From contig CANQES010000001.1 in NCBI GenBank assembly GCA_947595555.1, positions 208-64,207 on the forward strand: a stretch of DNA of 64,000 nt. The letters are read 5' to 3'. Origin of the DNA: an uncultured Clostridia bacterium (GTDB lineage Bacteria; Bacillota; Clostridia; TANB77; CAG-508). A program made the translations under genes and the position numbers. Numbering within the stretch: the first letter of the stretch is position 1; every line of letters starts with the position of its first letter. Of this stretch, positions 37,207-46,339 are shown one piece after another. The notes beneath the pieces were generated by a model. That model had not been told where the DNA came from. It saw nothing but the letters and a program-made list of their open reading frames with translations, and searched no databases.

Positions 37207-38017
37207 ATTGTTTCACTCCTAAATCTTCTTTGAATTTTCTTTCTAACAAGTCAAACTTAACTTTATCTAGTATATCTATTCCTTTTTGATTTATTATATC
37301 TTTCTCTGTTATATTTCTTTGCATAAAAGCCTTTGTATCTAAATCTGTTTTTTCTGCTAGAATTGTAGCTTCTTCTTCTGTCAAAATACCTTTTTTTATT
37401 TGTATTAAATATCCTTTTCTTTGGGAATTTAAGCATTGTTTATATGGCAATCCTGTAAAATATTCTTTAATAAAATCATTCATTCTTAGAATATGATGTA
37501 ATTGTTTTGGGTCATATCCGTACTTTTCTATCTTATCAACTATTGTAGGATAAGGGTGTTTTAATGCTTTTAATTTTTCTTTACTCATTCCAGCCATACA
37601 TCTTAATGTTTGATTTATATTTATATGTGCAATTTCTTCTGCATTATCAAATAATACTTGTGTTATATCTTTGTATTTTTCATTTACTATTCTAAAATCA
37701 CTAAATAGAGTTTCAACAAAATTTACATTTTGTTTTTTATAAGTTTCAAACATTACTCTAACATCTTTTACATCAATATGTTCGTTATTATCTAATACTA
37801 ATGTTTTATTTATTGGTTGCTTGTTATATACAAAATCTTCAAATGAAGGTAATACTACTGCTTTTGTATCAATATCTGACATATAATCTTCATCATATAC
37901 ATCTAATCCATAATTTTGAGAGCCTTGTAATGCTAGGAATACTATTTCATATCCTTTTTGTAATAGATAATCATGATGTTCTTGCACTCTTTTCATTATT
38001 TTTTCTTCTCTATGCAT
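37166..38017 (-). CDS. Pol-beta-superfamily nucleotidyltransferase (RlaP / Nuc-transf-like)
   Basis: LQGSQNYGLDVYDEDYMSDIDTKAVV matches the GS..YG...SD.D nucleotidyltransferase signature. It overlaps the phosphoesterase gene by 41 nt. Confidence 0.55.
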   Translation of the reverse strand: MHREEKIMKRVQEHHDYLLQKGYEIVFLALQGSQNYGLDVYDEDYMSDIDTKAVVLPSFEDFVYNKQPINKTLVLDNNEHIDVKDVRVMFETYKKQNVNFVETLFSDFRIVNEKYKDITQVLFDNAEEIAHININQTLRCMAGMSKEKLKALKHPYPTIVDKIEKYGYDPKQLHHILRMNDFIKEYFTGLPYKQCLNSQRKGYLIQIKKGILTEEEATILAEKTDLDTKAFMQRNITEKDIINQKGIDILDKVKFDLLERKFKEDLGVKQYGNFCNIRPTFWT

Positions 38018-38026
38018 ACTTTCCTC

Positions 38027-38362
38027 CTACTTTTCACTTATTAAAAAATCATATAATTTCTCTGCTGTAGATAAATCTATAATTGTTCCGTCTTTTTCAG
38101 TTATACAACCATCTTCGTATTTTTTGCCATATTCTAAATCATATATCCACCAACTTATTGTATCTACATCATCAAACATTATTTCTAATAGCTTTATTAC
38201 TATATCTTCATGACATATCATTAAGCTACCTGAATTTGTGAAGTCTGATATTATACAATCTGTACTTTCTTTTATTATTTTATCTATCTTATTTTTTATC
38301 ATTTCTGTTTCTTCTAGTCTTTTCATTATTCTTATAAATTCTTCTTTACTAATCTTTGTCAT
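38027..38362 (-). CDS. Phage hypothetical protein
   Basis: 111-aa ORF. Confidence 0.3.
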   Translation of the reverse strand: MTKISKEEFIRIMKRLEETEMIKNKIDKIIKESTDCIISDFTNSGSLMICHEDIVIKLLEIMFDDVDTISWWIYDLEYGKKYEDGCITEKDGTIIDLSTAEKLYDFLISEK

Positions 38363-38766
38363 GATTCCACCTCCAATAATTTTGAATTATCATATATGTT
38401 TCCTATTACTTCTATATCACTATTCCAATATGTAAGTCCTACTGTACTACTATTTCCATTTTGCCTTCCTTGAAACCCATTATCTATCCATTCAACAATA
38501 TATAATATTTTTTTATCTCCTAATGAAACTATATCTCCCTCAAATATCTTCTTTCCGTTTTTATCTTTTAGTCCTGTGTATTGTCCTACTGTTGTTTCAT
38601 TAACAAATTGTGAGTTATATTCTTTATCTTGAATTTGATAATATCTTTCTGTTCTTACGTATTGTCCATTTGATTTTTCAATATCTTGATGTCCTGTTTG
38701 CCTTAGCCATCCATAAATCCATTTACCATTATCTATTCTTTTCCCTCTAAACCCTATCTCTCTCAT
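38359..38766 (-). CDS. YopX-family phage protein
   Basis: FRGK...GWL...EVIGNIYDNSKLLE is typical of YopX. Confidence 0.7.
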   Translation of the reverse strand: MREIGFRGKRIDNGKWIYGWLRQTGHQDIEKSNGQYVRTERYYQIQDKEYNSQFVNETTVGQYTGLKDKNGKKIFEGDIVSLGDKKILYIVEWIDNGFQGRQNGNSSTVGLTYWNSDIEVIGNIYDNSKLLEVES

Positions 38767-38799
38767 ATTTCCTCCTACTTAAAATCATTTACTTTTATT

Positions 38800-39081
38800 T
38801 TAACAATTAGCCTTCAAGTAATCTAACAATGCTAACCAACATTCTTCATCACATTTATCGCCATATCCGTAATTTTTTTGTTGTTCTATGTCTCTTAAAA
38901 TTACTTTTTTGTCCTTTTCAAGTAATAAATGTGTATTATTTCTTATAAATTCACAAGTCCAGTCTACCATATATGTTCTTCTTCCTAAAGCATATCTTAC
39001 AGAACCTACTAACATTGCACTTATATCTTCTATTTCCCCGTTTATTGTTATTGGAGTTTGTATTTTATGATATTCTTCCAT
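38800..39081 (-). CDS. Phage hypothetical protein
   Basis: 93-aa ORF. Confidence 0.3.
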   Translation of the reverse strand: MEEYHKIQTPITINGEIEDISAMLVGSVRYALGRRTYMVDWTCEFIRNNTHLLLEKDKKVILRDIEQQKNYGYGDKCDEECWLALLDYLKANC

Positions 39082-39303
39082 TTAATTTTCCTCCAATCCT
39101 AGTTCTTTTAAGGTATATTTTTTATTTTCTTCTAAATCTTTAAAGTAATCTGTAGTATAGTACGTACAAAACCCTGTACCTTGTCCATCATTAAGCGTTA
39201 TCGTAATTGATTTACTTTCATTAAATCCTTTTTTTATATATTTAATATTAAGGGGAGACATTTTTATATATTGTCTCAAAAACTCTCTTTCTTCTTCTGT
39301 CAA
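39082..39303 (-). CDS. Phage hypothetical protein. The frame stays open upstream to about 39470 without an ATG
   Basis: The ORF starts at a TTG; the upstream open frame has no ATG. Confidence 0.3.
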   Translation of the reverse strand: MTEEEREFLRQYIKMSPLNIKYIKKGFNESKSITITLNDGQGTGFCTYYTTDYFKDLEENKKYTLKELGLEEN

Positions 39304-39475
39304 TAACTCTTTCTTTTCTTCTACTACTTCATATTTTGGTCGTTCTATTTTTAAGATTTGATATTTTTCATTATTTTTTAATTGTTCTATTCGATTTAAA
39401 TTGTCTACTATTTCTACGTATAATTTTTCTTGAATTTTATACGTAATTCTATCGCCGAACTTGTATATCCATTTA

Positions 39476-39652
39476 CTTTTCCTCTAACTTTCTCCCACAC
39501 ATTGGGCAATAATTTATATTTATTTTCATTTTGTGTCCATACCAATCTATATTAAGTATTTTTTCATGAGGTTTGTCAAAAATACATATATGAGCATTTT
39601 TATCTAATGGCTTGTACCAACCATCAAAATCTTCTTGACAATATTTACACAT
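39476..39652 (-). CDS. Small zinc-ribbon protein (58 aa, MCKYCQEDF...YCPMCGRKLEEK)
   Basis: Manual translation; two CxxC pairs; below the ORF-track threshold. Confidence 0.35.
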
Positions 39653-39859
39653 TTACTTTTTCTCCTCTATAATTATTTCTCCCACAGTTTGCATTCCTGC
39701 AAATACTGTAAGTGTTCCTTTTTTATTTTCCAATATATCAATATTGTGACTTAATAAATATGGTTTTACTTCACTTATTAACCAATCATAGTTTAAATAT
39801 TTTCTAATTCTTGTAAAATTGGCTTTATTTCTTCCTATATTCTTAAATATTATTTTCAT
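39653..39859 (-). CDS. Phage hypothetical protein
   Basis: 68-aa ORF. Confidence 0.25.
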   Translation of the reverse strand: MKIIFKNIGRNKANFTRIRKYLNYDWLISEVKPYLLSHNIDILENKKGTLTVFAGMQTVGEIIIEEKK

Positions 39860-40253
39860 TTTCTTCCTCTACTTTCTTTTCAAAATATTGTTTTACTTCT
39901 ACTTTATCTCCTAGAATTAATGGCTCATCTTTTTCAATATTCCATATTGTTAATCCTGCTAATTGTTCTGCAATTTTATCTATTATTTCATTTTGCTTTC
40001 TTATTTCTTTATATAACTTAACTGCTTCGCCTTTTATCTCATCTATCATATTTACAGCATAGTTGTGTTCCATTTCTCTTGCTTCTACTTTAAATTCTAA
40101 TTGTTCCATGTATTGTATAGCACCTTTTAAAATTTCTATATCTTCTTTAAAGTCGTTATTAGATAACCCGCACTCATTTGCTTCCATTGTATTAAATAAC
40201 ATTTTTCTTAATCCTTCTTTTATCTTTTCTATTTCTTCTTTACTCATATTCAT
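39843..40253 (-). CDS. Phage hypothetical coiled-coil protein
   Basis: 136-aa ORF. Confidence 0.3.
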   Translation of the reverse strand: MNMSKEEIEKIKEGLRKMLFNTMEANECGLSNNDFKEDIEILKGAIQYMEQLEFKVEAREMEHNYAVNMIDEIKGEAVKLYKEIRKQNEIIDKIAEQLAGLTIWNIEKDEPLILGDKVEVKQYFEKKVEEENENNI

Positions 40254-40532
40254 TCACCTTCTTTCCAAATATTGTTTTCTATATTTACACATTTTACATA
40301 TTTCTGCTGCTTCATTTTGTTTTTGAATATAGCCTTTCCAGTATATTGATTCTTTTTCTTGTTCTAGTTCTTTTGTGTATTGTAAAAGTGTTCTTATTGC
40401 AGATATATCCTCAATTTCTACATAACAGTCAGCACATATTTTATTTTCTTGACATTCCTTATTATTTTTACAAAATTCTACTATTGAATTACATTTTTCT
40501 TTTGCTTTTTCTATTTCTTCTTTACTTGACAT
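40254..40532 (-). CDS. Phage hypothetical Cys-containing protein
   Basis: 92-aa ORF. Confidence 0.3.
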   Translation of the reverse strand: MSSKEEIEKAKEKCNSIVEFCKNNKECQENKICADCYVEIEDISAIRTLLQYTKELEQEKESIYWKGYIQKQNEAAEICKMCKYRKQYLERR

Positions 40533-40543
40533 CTAATACACTC

Positions 40544-40771
40544 CTATTCTTTCCATAATCGTATGGCCACTTTAACTCCTGAACATTCTTTTTTTCGTGG
40601 TTTTCGTCCTGGTCTCTTTCCTGTATCAGCTATTTTTTTATTGGCTGGACAAGCCCAAAAATAAACTGTTCTTCTTTTTACATTAAAATGTTCCATACAT
40701 TCTTCAATTGTTCCAACAAATATTTCTTTATTTCCTTTATAAATGGAATACTCTTTTCTTACTTTACTCAT
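40544..40771 (-). CDS. Phage hypothetical basic protein
   Basis: 75-aa ORF. Confidence 0.3.
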   Translation of the reverse strand: MSKVRKEYSIYKGNKEIFVGTIEECMEHFNVKRRTVYFWACPANKKIADTGKRPGRKPRKKECSGVKVAIRLWKE

Positions 40772-40968
40772 TCCACCCTAGCTCCTTTACTTTCCTATTA
40801 TTTTGAATCCATTAAATTTTGCTACTTGTAATTCTTGTTTTGTTATCCATTTTTGCCATTTACCACATTCGCCACAATATAATCCTCTTCTGGTTCCTTG
40901 TATTTCTACAAATAATTTGTTACTGTTACACTTATTACATTTTGTTTGCATATTGTTCCTCCTCAATT

Positions 40969-41493
40969 TTATATTCTACACTTGCAAAACTTTCTTTTGT
41001 TACGCCATTCTTTTTGATATTTTAAAATTCTTTTCTTATTTTTTTGATAATATATTCTTGCATATTTATTTCTTCCTTCTCTTGTAGAATGATTTATTTT
41101 TTCTTGTTTGTATTTTCTAAAAGGCTCTTGTTTTAATACTTTAAATCTATGTATTACATTTTCTTTAGGGGTAACCCACTCAAGATTATCAACACAGTTA
41201 TTGGTTTTATCTCCATCTTTATGATTGATTTCTAAAATTGGTTTCATTATAAAATTTTCTGCAACTAACTTATGAATACTTATTCTTTTCATTTTATTAT
41301 TTTTATATAAATTTACATATTCATATCCTATATTGCTTTTACATGGTTTCAATCTCTTTTTATATCTAAATAAACTTCTTACTTTTCCTAAATTGCTAAC
41401 TTGATATAAACCTTCATATCCTTTAACATCTTTCCAAACTTCCTCATATTCTCCAACTTCAATTTTATCTTCCATAATTGCCTCCAAATACAC
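40969..41493 (-). CDS. HNH homing endonuclease (NUMOD4 plus HNH_3)
   Basis: WKDVKGYEGLYQVSNLGKVRS (NUMOD4) and NHKDGDKTNNCVDNLEWVT (HNH). Confidence 0.7.
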   Translation of the reverse strand: MYLEAIMEDKIEVGEYEEVWKDVKGYEGLYQVSNLGKVRSLFRYKKRLKPCKSNIGYEYVNLYKNNKMKRISIHKLVAENFIMKPILEINHKDGDKTNNCVDNLEWVTPKENVIHRFKVLKQEPFRKYKQEKINHSTREGRNKYARIYYQKNKKRILKYQKEWRNKRKFCKCRI

Positions 41494-41653
41494 TCAAAAA
41501 TTGATTTACTATATTATCTGTTGTATTGTCATGTATAAATAAAGGACAATTCCTACAAGTATAATCATCTACAGCTTTATTTTTTAAACTACATACCCAA
41601 TATTTAGTAGTGTTGCCTTCTATTTTTGCGTGTTTACAAGCCATTGTTACCTC

Positions 41654-41911
41654 CTATTCCTCTGGCATTTCGTATTTTGGACTACAAATTCCTTCTGGTT
41701 GACCCATTTTTAAATTTTCCCAATTTGCATACCTATCAATTATTTCTTGCGTTACTTCTTTTGCTCTTTCTTCTGTTTTATATCCTCCAAAACTTCCGCC
41801 ACCTACAGACCTTATTTCATATTGCAATCCTTCATCAGTACTAAAATTTTGCTGTATATAAAATTCTAATCTTTGTGTGATTTTTGATTTATCTTGACTA
41901 ACTATTATCAT
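41654..41911 (-). CDS. Phage hypothetical protein
   Basis: 85-aa ORF. Confidence 0.3.
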   Translation of the reverse strand: MIIVSQDKSKITQRLEFYIQQNFSTDEGLQYEIRSVGGGSFGGYKTEERAKEVTQEIIDRYANWENLKMGQPEGICSPKYEMPEE

Positions 41912-42135
41912 TTCTTTTCCTCCTTCAATGCTTTATAATATCTTTCTTTGTCTAACTGGTCCTTTAAATCTACTATCTCAATAGCTTGTCTATTAATTTT
42001 TTCTTCATATTCTGTATTTTTACACCAATATCCTAATAAAAATCCAAATATAAAAACAATTAAAATTAATAAAAATGTCTTTGCCTTTTGTTCCATTTCA
42101 TATATTTCTAAATCAAAATTCTTTGTCTTTTTCAT
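41908..42135 (-). CDS. Phage small membrane protein
   Basis: One TM helix, then a coiled coil. Confidence 0.3.
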   Translation of the reverse strand: MKKTKNFDLEIYEMEQKAKTFLLILIVFIFGFLLGYWCKNTEYEEKINRQAIEIVDLKDQLDKERYYKALKEEKK

Positions 42136-42281
42136 TCTTTTATCATCTCCTGTATTCCTAAAATTTGTTTTATTTTTTGTATTGGATCATCTGCATATTT
42201 ACATTCATTTGTTCCTTTAAAATTAGGATCTTCAAAGGCGATTGCATCCGTAAACATGATTTGCATTTTCCTTGTAATTCT

Positions 42282-43046
42282 TTATAAAACATCAGCTTCC
42301 TCCTTTTTTATAAATCTTCCTTTACAATCTCTTTTTAAATTTGTTTTTCTGAAATGTCCTAAATTGCCTTTATAAATTAATTTATCATCTCTATACCCTT
42401 TATCATATCTATCTATAAGAACATGTGCTTTTATTCCGTACTGTTTTTCAAATTCATAAGCAGACTTTTTTTCTTCATATATTACAATTTTTCTAGTTAC
42501 TCTTTTATTATTTGCTTGTTCTTTCCACGTTGCCCATCTACAATTATTGGGTTCATAATTTCCATCTACATCAATTCTATCTATTGTTAATTTAGATGTA
42601 TATCCATTATTTATTGCCCAATTATAGAAATTCATGAAATTTGTTAACCAATCTTCACATACTTTTATTCCTCTTTTTCCATAGTTTTTATAAAATTGAT
42701 TATTTTTATTATTGCATCTGTCTTTCATATCAGCCCATATTTGATAAATTCTTGTTTTTGACAATCCATGTGTTTTTGGCTTTCCCCAGAATTTACTTAA
42801 ATTTCTTAATTCACATTCTTTTCTATAACAACCACAACTTGTCGTATCTCCTCGTGTCAAATATGTTGTAGGAACTATTTTTTTATTTCCACAATCACAT
42901 AAACATAGCCATAATTTTTTCCTATTTTTATCAGTTTCTACATATTTTATTACCGTCAATCTTCCAAATCGTTTATTAGTTAAATCTACTCCTTTTATTT
43001 TTATCACTCCTTTGCACATTTTCCGTGTTAATTGTGGATAATTCAT
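42282..43046 (-). CDS. Phage zinc-finger DNA-binding / endonuclease-associated protein
   Basis: W.C.CDCG...SCGC plus Y.IW..M..RC...YKNYGKRGIKVCEDW motifs, common in phage HNH/AP2-like proteins. Confidence 0.4.
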   Translation of the reverse strand: MNYPQLTRKMCKGVIKIKGVDLTNKRFGRLTVIKYVETDKNRKKLWLCLCDCGNKKIVPTTYLTRGDTTSCGCYRKECELRNLSKFWGKPKTHGLSKTRIYQIWADMKDRCNNKNNQFYKNYGKRGIKVCEDWLTNFMNFYNWAINNGYTSKLTIDRIDVDGNYEPNNCRWATWKEQANNKRVTRKIVIYEEKKSAYEFEKQYGIKAHVLIDRYDKGYRDDKLIYKGNLGHFRKTNLKRDCKGRFIKKEEADVL

Positions 43047-43056
43047 AAGCTACTCC

Positions 43057-43377
43057 TTAAATTGTTGGTATATGGTTCATATTTAATTGTTCAAAGCCTT
43101 CTTGAGTTATCTTATAAACTGCAACCATTTTTCCTGTATAATTACATTTTTTCTTGTCTACAACTTCTACCATTCCCATTTGTTCTAATTCTGTAAGTCT
43201 AGGTGCTGTATAATTTCGCTCCGTACTTGGAATAAGTTGTAAATCAAATAATTCTACTGCTATTTCTTTTGCTGTTTTTTCTCCTGATATAAGTCTATCT
43301 ATTATCTGTTCATACCTTATTTTTCTTTTTGGTTTTATATCTTCAAAACTCATTTGTCTTGTAAATTCAGTAATCAT
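43057..43377 (-). CDS. Phage hypothetical protein (wHTH-like)
   Basis: 106-aa ORF. Confidence 0.3.
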   Translation of the reverse strand: MITEFTRQMSFEDIKPKRKIRYEQIIDRLISGEKTAKEIAVELFDLQLIPSTERNYTAPRLTELEQMGMVEVVDKKKCNYTGKMVAVYKITQEGFEQLNMNHIPTI

Positions 43378-43391
43378 TTGTTACCACTTCC

Positions 43392-43913
43392 TTACTTTAG
43401 CATCATTAACTCATTAAATAATCCATTCTGTCCTTCTATACTTAATTTGTTATATTCTTCTTCTTGCTTACATTCATTAATAATTTTGATTTTTTCTCCA
43501 AACGACTTCCCTTCGATTTTGCTTTTATATTTATTAAATAAAAAAATATAAATGTCTTTATCTAGTCTATTTATGTTGGACACATTAGCTGTCGTTTGTA
43601 CTGTCATTTGTACTGTCGTTTCTACTGTAAAATTTACAGTATTTATTTTGTATTGATTTGGACTTCCTTTTTTGCCTTTTTTATATTCAAACAACCCTGC
43701 ATTTAATAAGTTGTCCCTACACCTAATAAATGTTTTTTCACTTTCAATTTGCATAATGCTCATTAATCGATGGTTATCTACTGTAACCCATTCGCTCCAC
43801 CCACATCTGTTAAATAATGATATTAACTTATACCATAATAACTGCGATGAGATTGGCAAATAGTTAGTTTCGAGCCATCTCTCAAAGGCATTAATCAAAT
43901 CTATGTATGTCAT
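43392..43913 (-). CDS. Phage replication protein (DnaD / replisome-organiser-like N-terminus) with internal origin-like repeats
   Basis: The N-terminus LWYKLISLFNRCGWSEWVTV resembles a replisome organiser. The C-terminal TVETTVQMTVQTT is encoded by DNA iterons. Confidence 0.45.
   Translation of the reverse strand: MTYIDLINAFERWLETNYLPISSQLLWYKLISLFNRCGWSEWVTVDNHRLMSIMQIESEKTFIRCRDNLLNAGLFEYKKGKKGSPNQYKINTVNFTVETTVQMTVQTTANVSNINRLDKDIYIFLFNKYKSKIEGKSFGEKIKIINECKQEEEYNKLSIEGQNGLFNELMMLK
43595..43640. repeat. Iteron-like direct repeats (TTTGTACTGTC x2, TTTCTACTGTA) plus the palindrome ACTGTAAAATTTACAGT. Candidate phage replication origin
   Basis: Three 11-nt direct repeats at a 12-nt period, followed by a perfect 17-nt palindrome, inside the replication gene. 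Confidence 0.45.
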
Positions 43914-43968
43914 AATGTTCTTCTCCTTTTGTAAAATATAAGGCTAGTTTTATGCCTAGCCCTGTTGT

Positions 43969-44283
43969 TTATTCATTAATTAAAATTGTATTAAATGAAG
44001 ATACTAAATAAACTTTATCATCTTCTGTAATTATTTGAATTTGTTCTCCCTCATAATCTGTCCATGTTTTTACATTAAGTTCTAATTTTTCATTATTCAT
44101 ATACACTATAGCTTTTTTATATGTATAACTTAAATCTACTGCCGTTTTATTTCCTACTGTTCTTGCAAATATAAATTTATATATTCCAAATCCAAACATT
44201 ACTACCGTTATTAAAATAATAATTATATTAAATATTAATTCTCCATCAATATATCCTTTTTCGCTTTTAATTTTTTTTAACAT
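43969..44283 (-). CDS. Phage membrane protein
   Basis: One N-terminal TM helix; 104 aa. Confidence 0.3.
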   Translation of the reverse strand: MLKKIKSEKGYIDGELIFNIIIILITVVMFGFGIYKFIFARTVGNKTAVDLSYTYKKAIVYMNNEKLELNVKTWTDYEGEQIQIITEDDKVYLVSSFNTILINE

Positions 44284-44285
44284 TT

Positions 44286-44672
44286 TTATTCCTCCTTTAA
44301 AGAACTTTTTCCTATAATTTTTATAAATTCTTCTCTTGTATGAGTTTTCTCAAATTCTTTTTGAGTTTCTAGCTTTAATTGTTTAAGTATTTCTTCGTTT
44401 GAATGACATTCTCTGCATAACATTTTTACAAATCCATTTAATATACTTCTTTCTCTGTTACTACCTCCAAATACCTCATGAGGATCTAAATGCTTAAACT
44501 TTCTATGACAATACTCACATTCTCCATATTTAACAATTTTTTTGTCTCTTTGTCTTTCTAGTTTTGCTAACTTACTACTTTTCTTTTTAATCTCTTTGAC
44601 TTTTCTTTGTTTCTCTTTGACTTTTGGTTTTGGGCAAGGATAAAAGCTATTACTTAAATCTTTTATTATCAT
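44286..44672 (-). CDS. Putative HNH-type nuclease
   Basis: CEYCHRKF...HEVFGGSNRERS...N...CRECH. Confidence 0.45.
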   Translation of the reverse strand: MIIKDLSNSFYPCPKPKVKEKQRKVKEIKKKSSKLAKLERQRDKKIVKYGECEYCHRKFKHLDPHEVFGGSNRERSILNGFVKMLCRECHSNEEILKQLKLETQKEFEKTHTREEFIKIIGKSSLKEE

Positions 44673-45211
44673 CTTTTATCCCAACTTTCTAACAAACTAT
44701 TTATCTCTTCTGGTGTTTTTGTTTCTATCCCATACATTTGGCAGTCTTGTACTACTCCATCTATAAGCCTACTCATTTGTTTTGTATTAAATGAACTTGA
44801 CCCATAATAAGCATTTATTATTTTAAATTCTGTATTTCCTATTATTTCTGTATCAAATATTTCACAAAACCAAGCTATTCCTTGAGATGTCCACATTTTT
44901 TCAAATGTATTAACATTGTCTTTTTCTATTCTAAATCTTCTAAAAATACCTAATTCCTTTACTCTACGTTTATATTCTTCCTTAGTATCTATTTCTGCTA
45001 ATTCGCATAATTCTTGTAGTAACTTCCAAAAATAATTATTTGCATCTAAACTTCTTTTTTTTCTATACTTCTTTAAGTCAATATTTAGCTTATTTTCGTT
45101 TTTTAACTGTTCTACTATCTCTATTTCCTTTGTATCTAAAAGTAAGCTTATTTTTGGTTTTCGTGTCTCATAATCTATATTTATATCTTTTATAATTCCT
45201 GTTGTTTGCAT
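44669..45211 (-). CDS. Phage hypothetical protein
   Basis: 180-aa ORF. Confidence 0.3.
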   Translation of the reverse strand: MQTTGIIKDINIDYETRKPKISLLLDTKEIEIVEQLKNENKLNIDLKKYRKKRSLDANNYFWKLLQELCELAEIDTKEEYKRRVKELGIFRRFRIEKDNVNTFEKMWTSQGIAWFCEIFDTEIIGNTEFKIINAYYGSSSFNTKQMSRLIDGVVQDCQMYGIETKTPEEINSLLESWDKR

Positions 45212-45213
45212 AT

Positions 45214-46131
45214 TTACAACCTCTTTACATTTATTCTTGTTTCATCTCTTGCCGGAACTAAATATTCTTTTTTGTGTATAATCTTTTTTTCAAAAATATA
45301 TTTATTGCTTAATACTTTTTGTCTATTGCCAATAGCCTTTTTAATTTGATTGTTTACTTCTGTATATTCTTGATAATATTTTGATAATTCTTGCTTTTTG
45401 TCTACTAATTCATCAAGTTCCCCTGAAACATCTACATCTGTTTCTACTCTTTTTATATTAGCAGTACATACATGAGCTAAATCGCAATATTCACATACAC
45501 TTATATCTTCACAACTTTCTGGTAACCTTTCTTCTTCTAAACATTTATATATTCTTTCTGCTTTTTGTAGTAGTTGTTCTGCAAAGTCATAATCAAATTT
45601 TACCTCTATTAATTTTATTTCACCCGTTAATTTATTACACAAAGCAAAATATCCTTTCTCTTTACCAAATTGGAACATATAAATATATAATTGAGCAGGA
45701 TATGCTCTGACATAATATTTTTTACTATTTAAAAAGTCTTCTACTGAATTTAATTTTTCCCATTCTTGTGGACTCAATCCTTTTACTTCTACAGGATAAA
45801 ATTGTCCATCTTCTAGTTTTATTCTTAAATCTTCCCTTCCAGTCACAAGAGGTTTTTCAACCTTCCATGCTCTTACTGTTGGAGTTATAACTTCAAATCC
45901 TGAATCTTTTAAAGTTTGTATTACATATTCTTCTATCTTATTTCCTAAATCAAAAATACATTGAGTTGTCTCATTATAAAGTTTTTTATCCTCCCAATTT
46001 TTTATAGATAAATATAAATATCTTTCACAAGGATGTCCTATATTTGAAGCTCTTAAATTATTGCAAGGATATAATTTAATTTTACTTTGTTTGTTCTCCT
46101 TTATTTTGTTGTTCATTTCCTGTATTTCCAT
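45214..46131 (-). CDS. PD-(D/E)XK-family recombination exonuclease (Cas4/YqaJ-like) with a C-terminal Cys cluster
   Basis: The D...E.K core (DLRIKLEDGQFYPVEVK) and C-terminal CEDISVCEYCDLAHVC. Confidence 0.55.
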   Translation of the reverse strand: MEIQEMNNKIKENKQSKIKLYPCNNLRASNIGHPCERYLYLSIKNWEDKKLYNETTQCIFDLGNKIEEYVIQTLKDSGFEVITPTVRAWKVEKPLVTGREDLRIKLEDGQFYPVEVKGLSPQEWEKLNSVEDFLNSKKYYVRAYPAQLYIYMFQFGKEKGYFALCNKLTGEIKLIEVKFDYDFAEQLLQKAERIYKCLEEERLPESCEDISVCEYCDLAHVCTANIKRVETDVDVSGELDELVDKKQELSKYYQEYTEVNNQIKKAIGNRQKVLSNKYIFEKKIIHKKEYLVPARDETRINVKRL

Positions 46132-46339
46132 CTAACTCTCCTTTCTTAGCAAGAGCTTGACATTTTCTACATAATTCCTTTTTGTAATTTGCTCTACTAT
46201 AACTTGCTTCTTGTGATGTTATATTTTCACCACAATGTTCACATTTAAAATTACCTGTTACTGTAGTTGATGCATTTTTACTATTTCCTTTAAATCCATA
46301 CCCTCTCATTTTGTTGCAATCTAATCCAGCATTTGCCAT
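46082..46339 (-). CDS. Zinc-ribbon protein; could be the frameshifted C-terminus of the upstream ORF
   Basis: CEHCGEN...CRKC. The frame is open 16 codons upstream of its ATG and overlaps the end of ORF 46290..46910. Confidence 0.3.
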   Translation of the reverse strand: MANAGLDCNKMRGYGFKGNSKNASTTVTGNFKCEHCGENITSQEASYSRANYKKELCRKCQALAKKGELDGNTGNEQQNKGEQTK

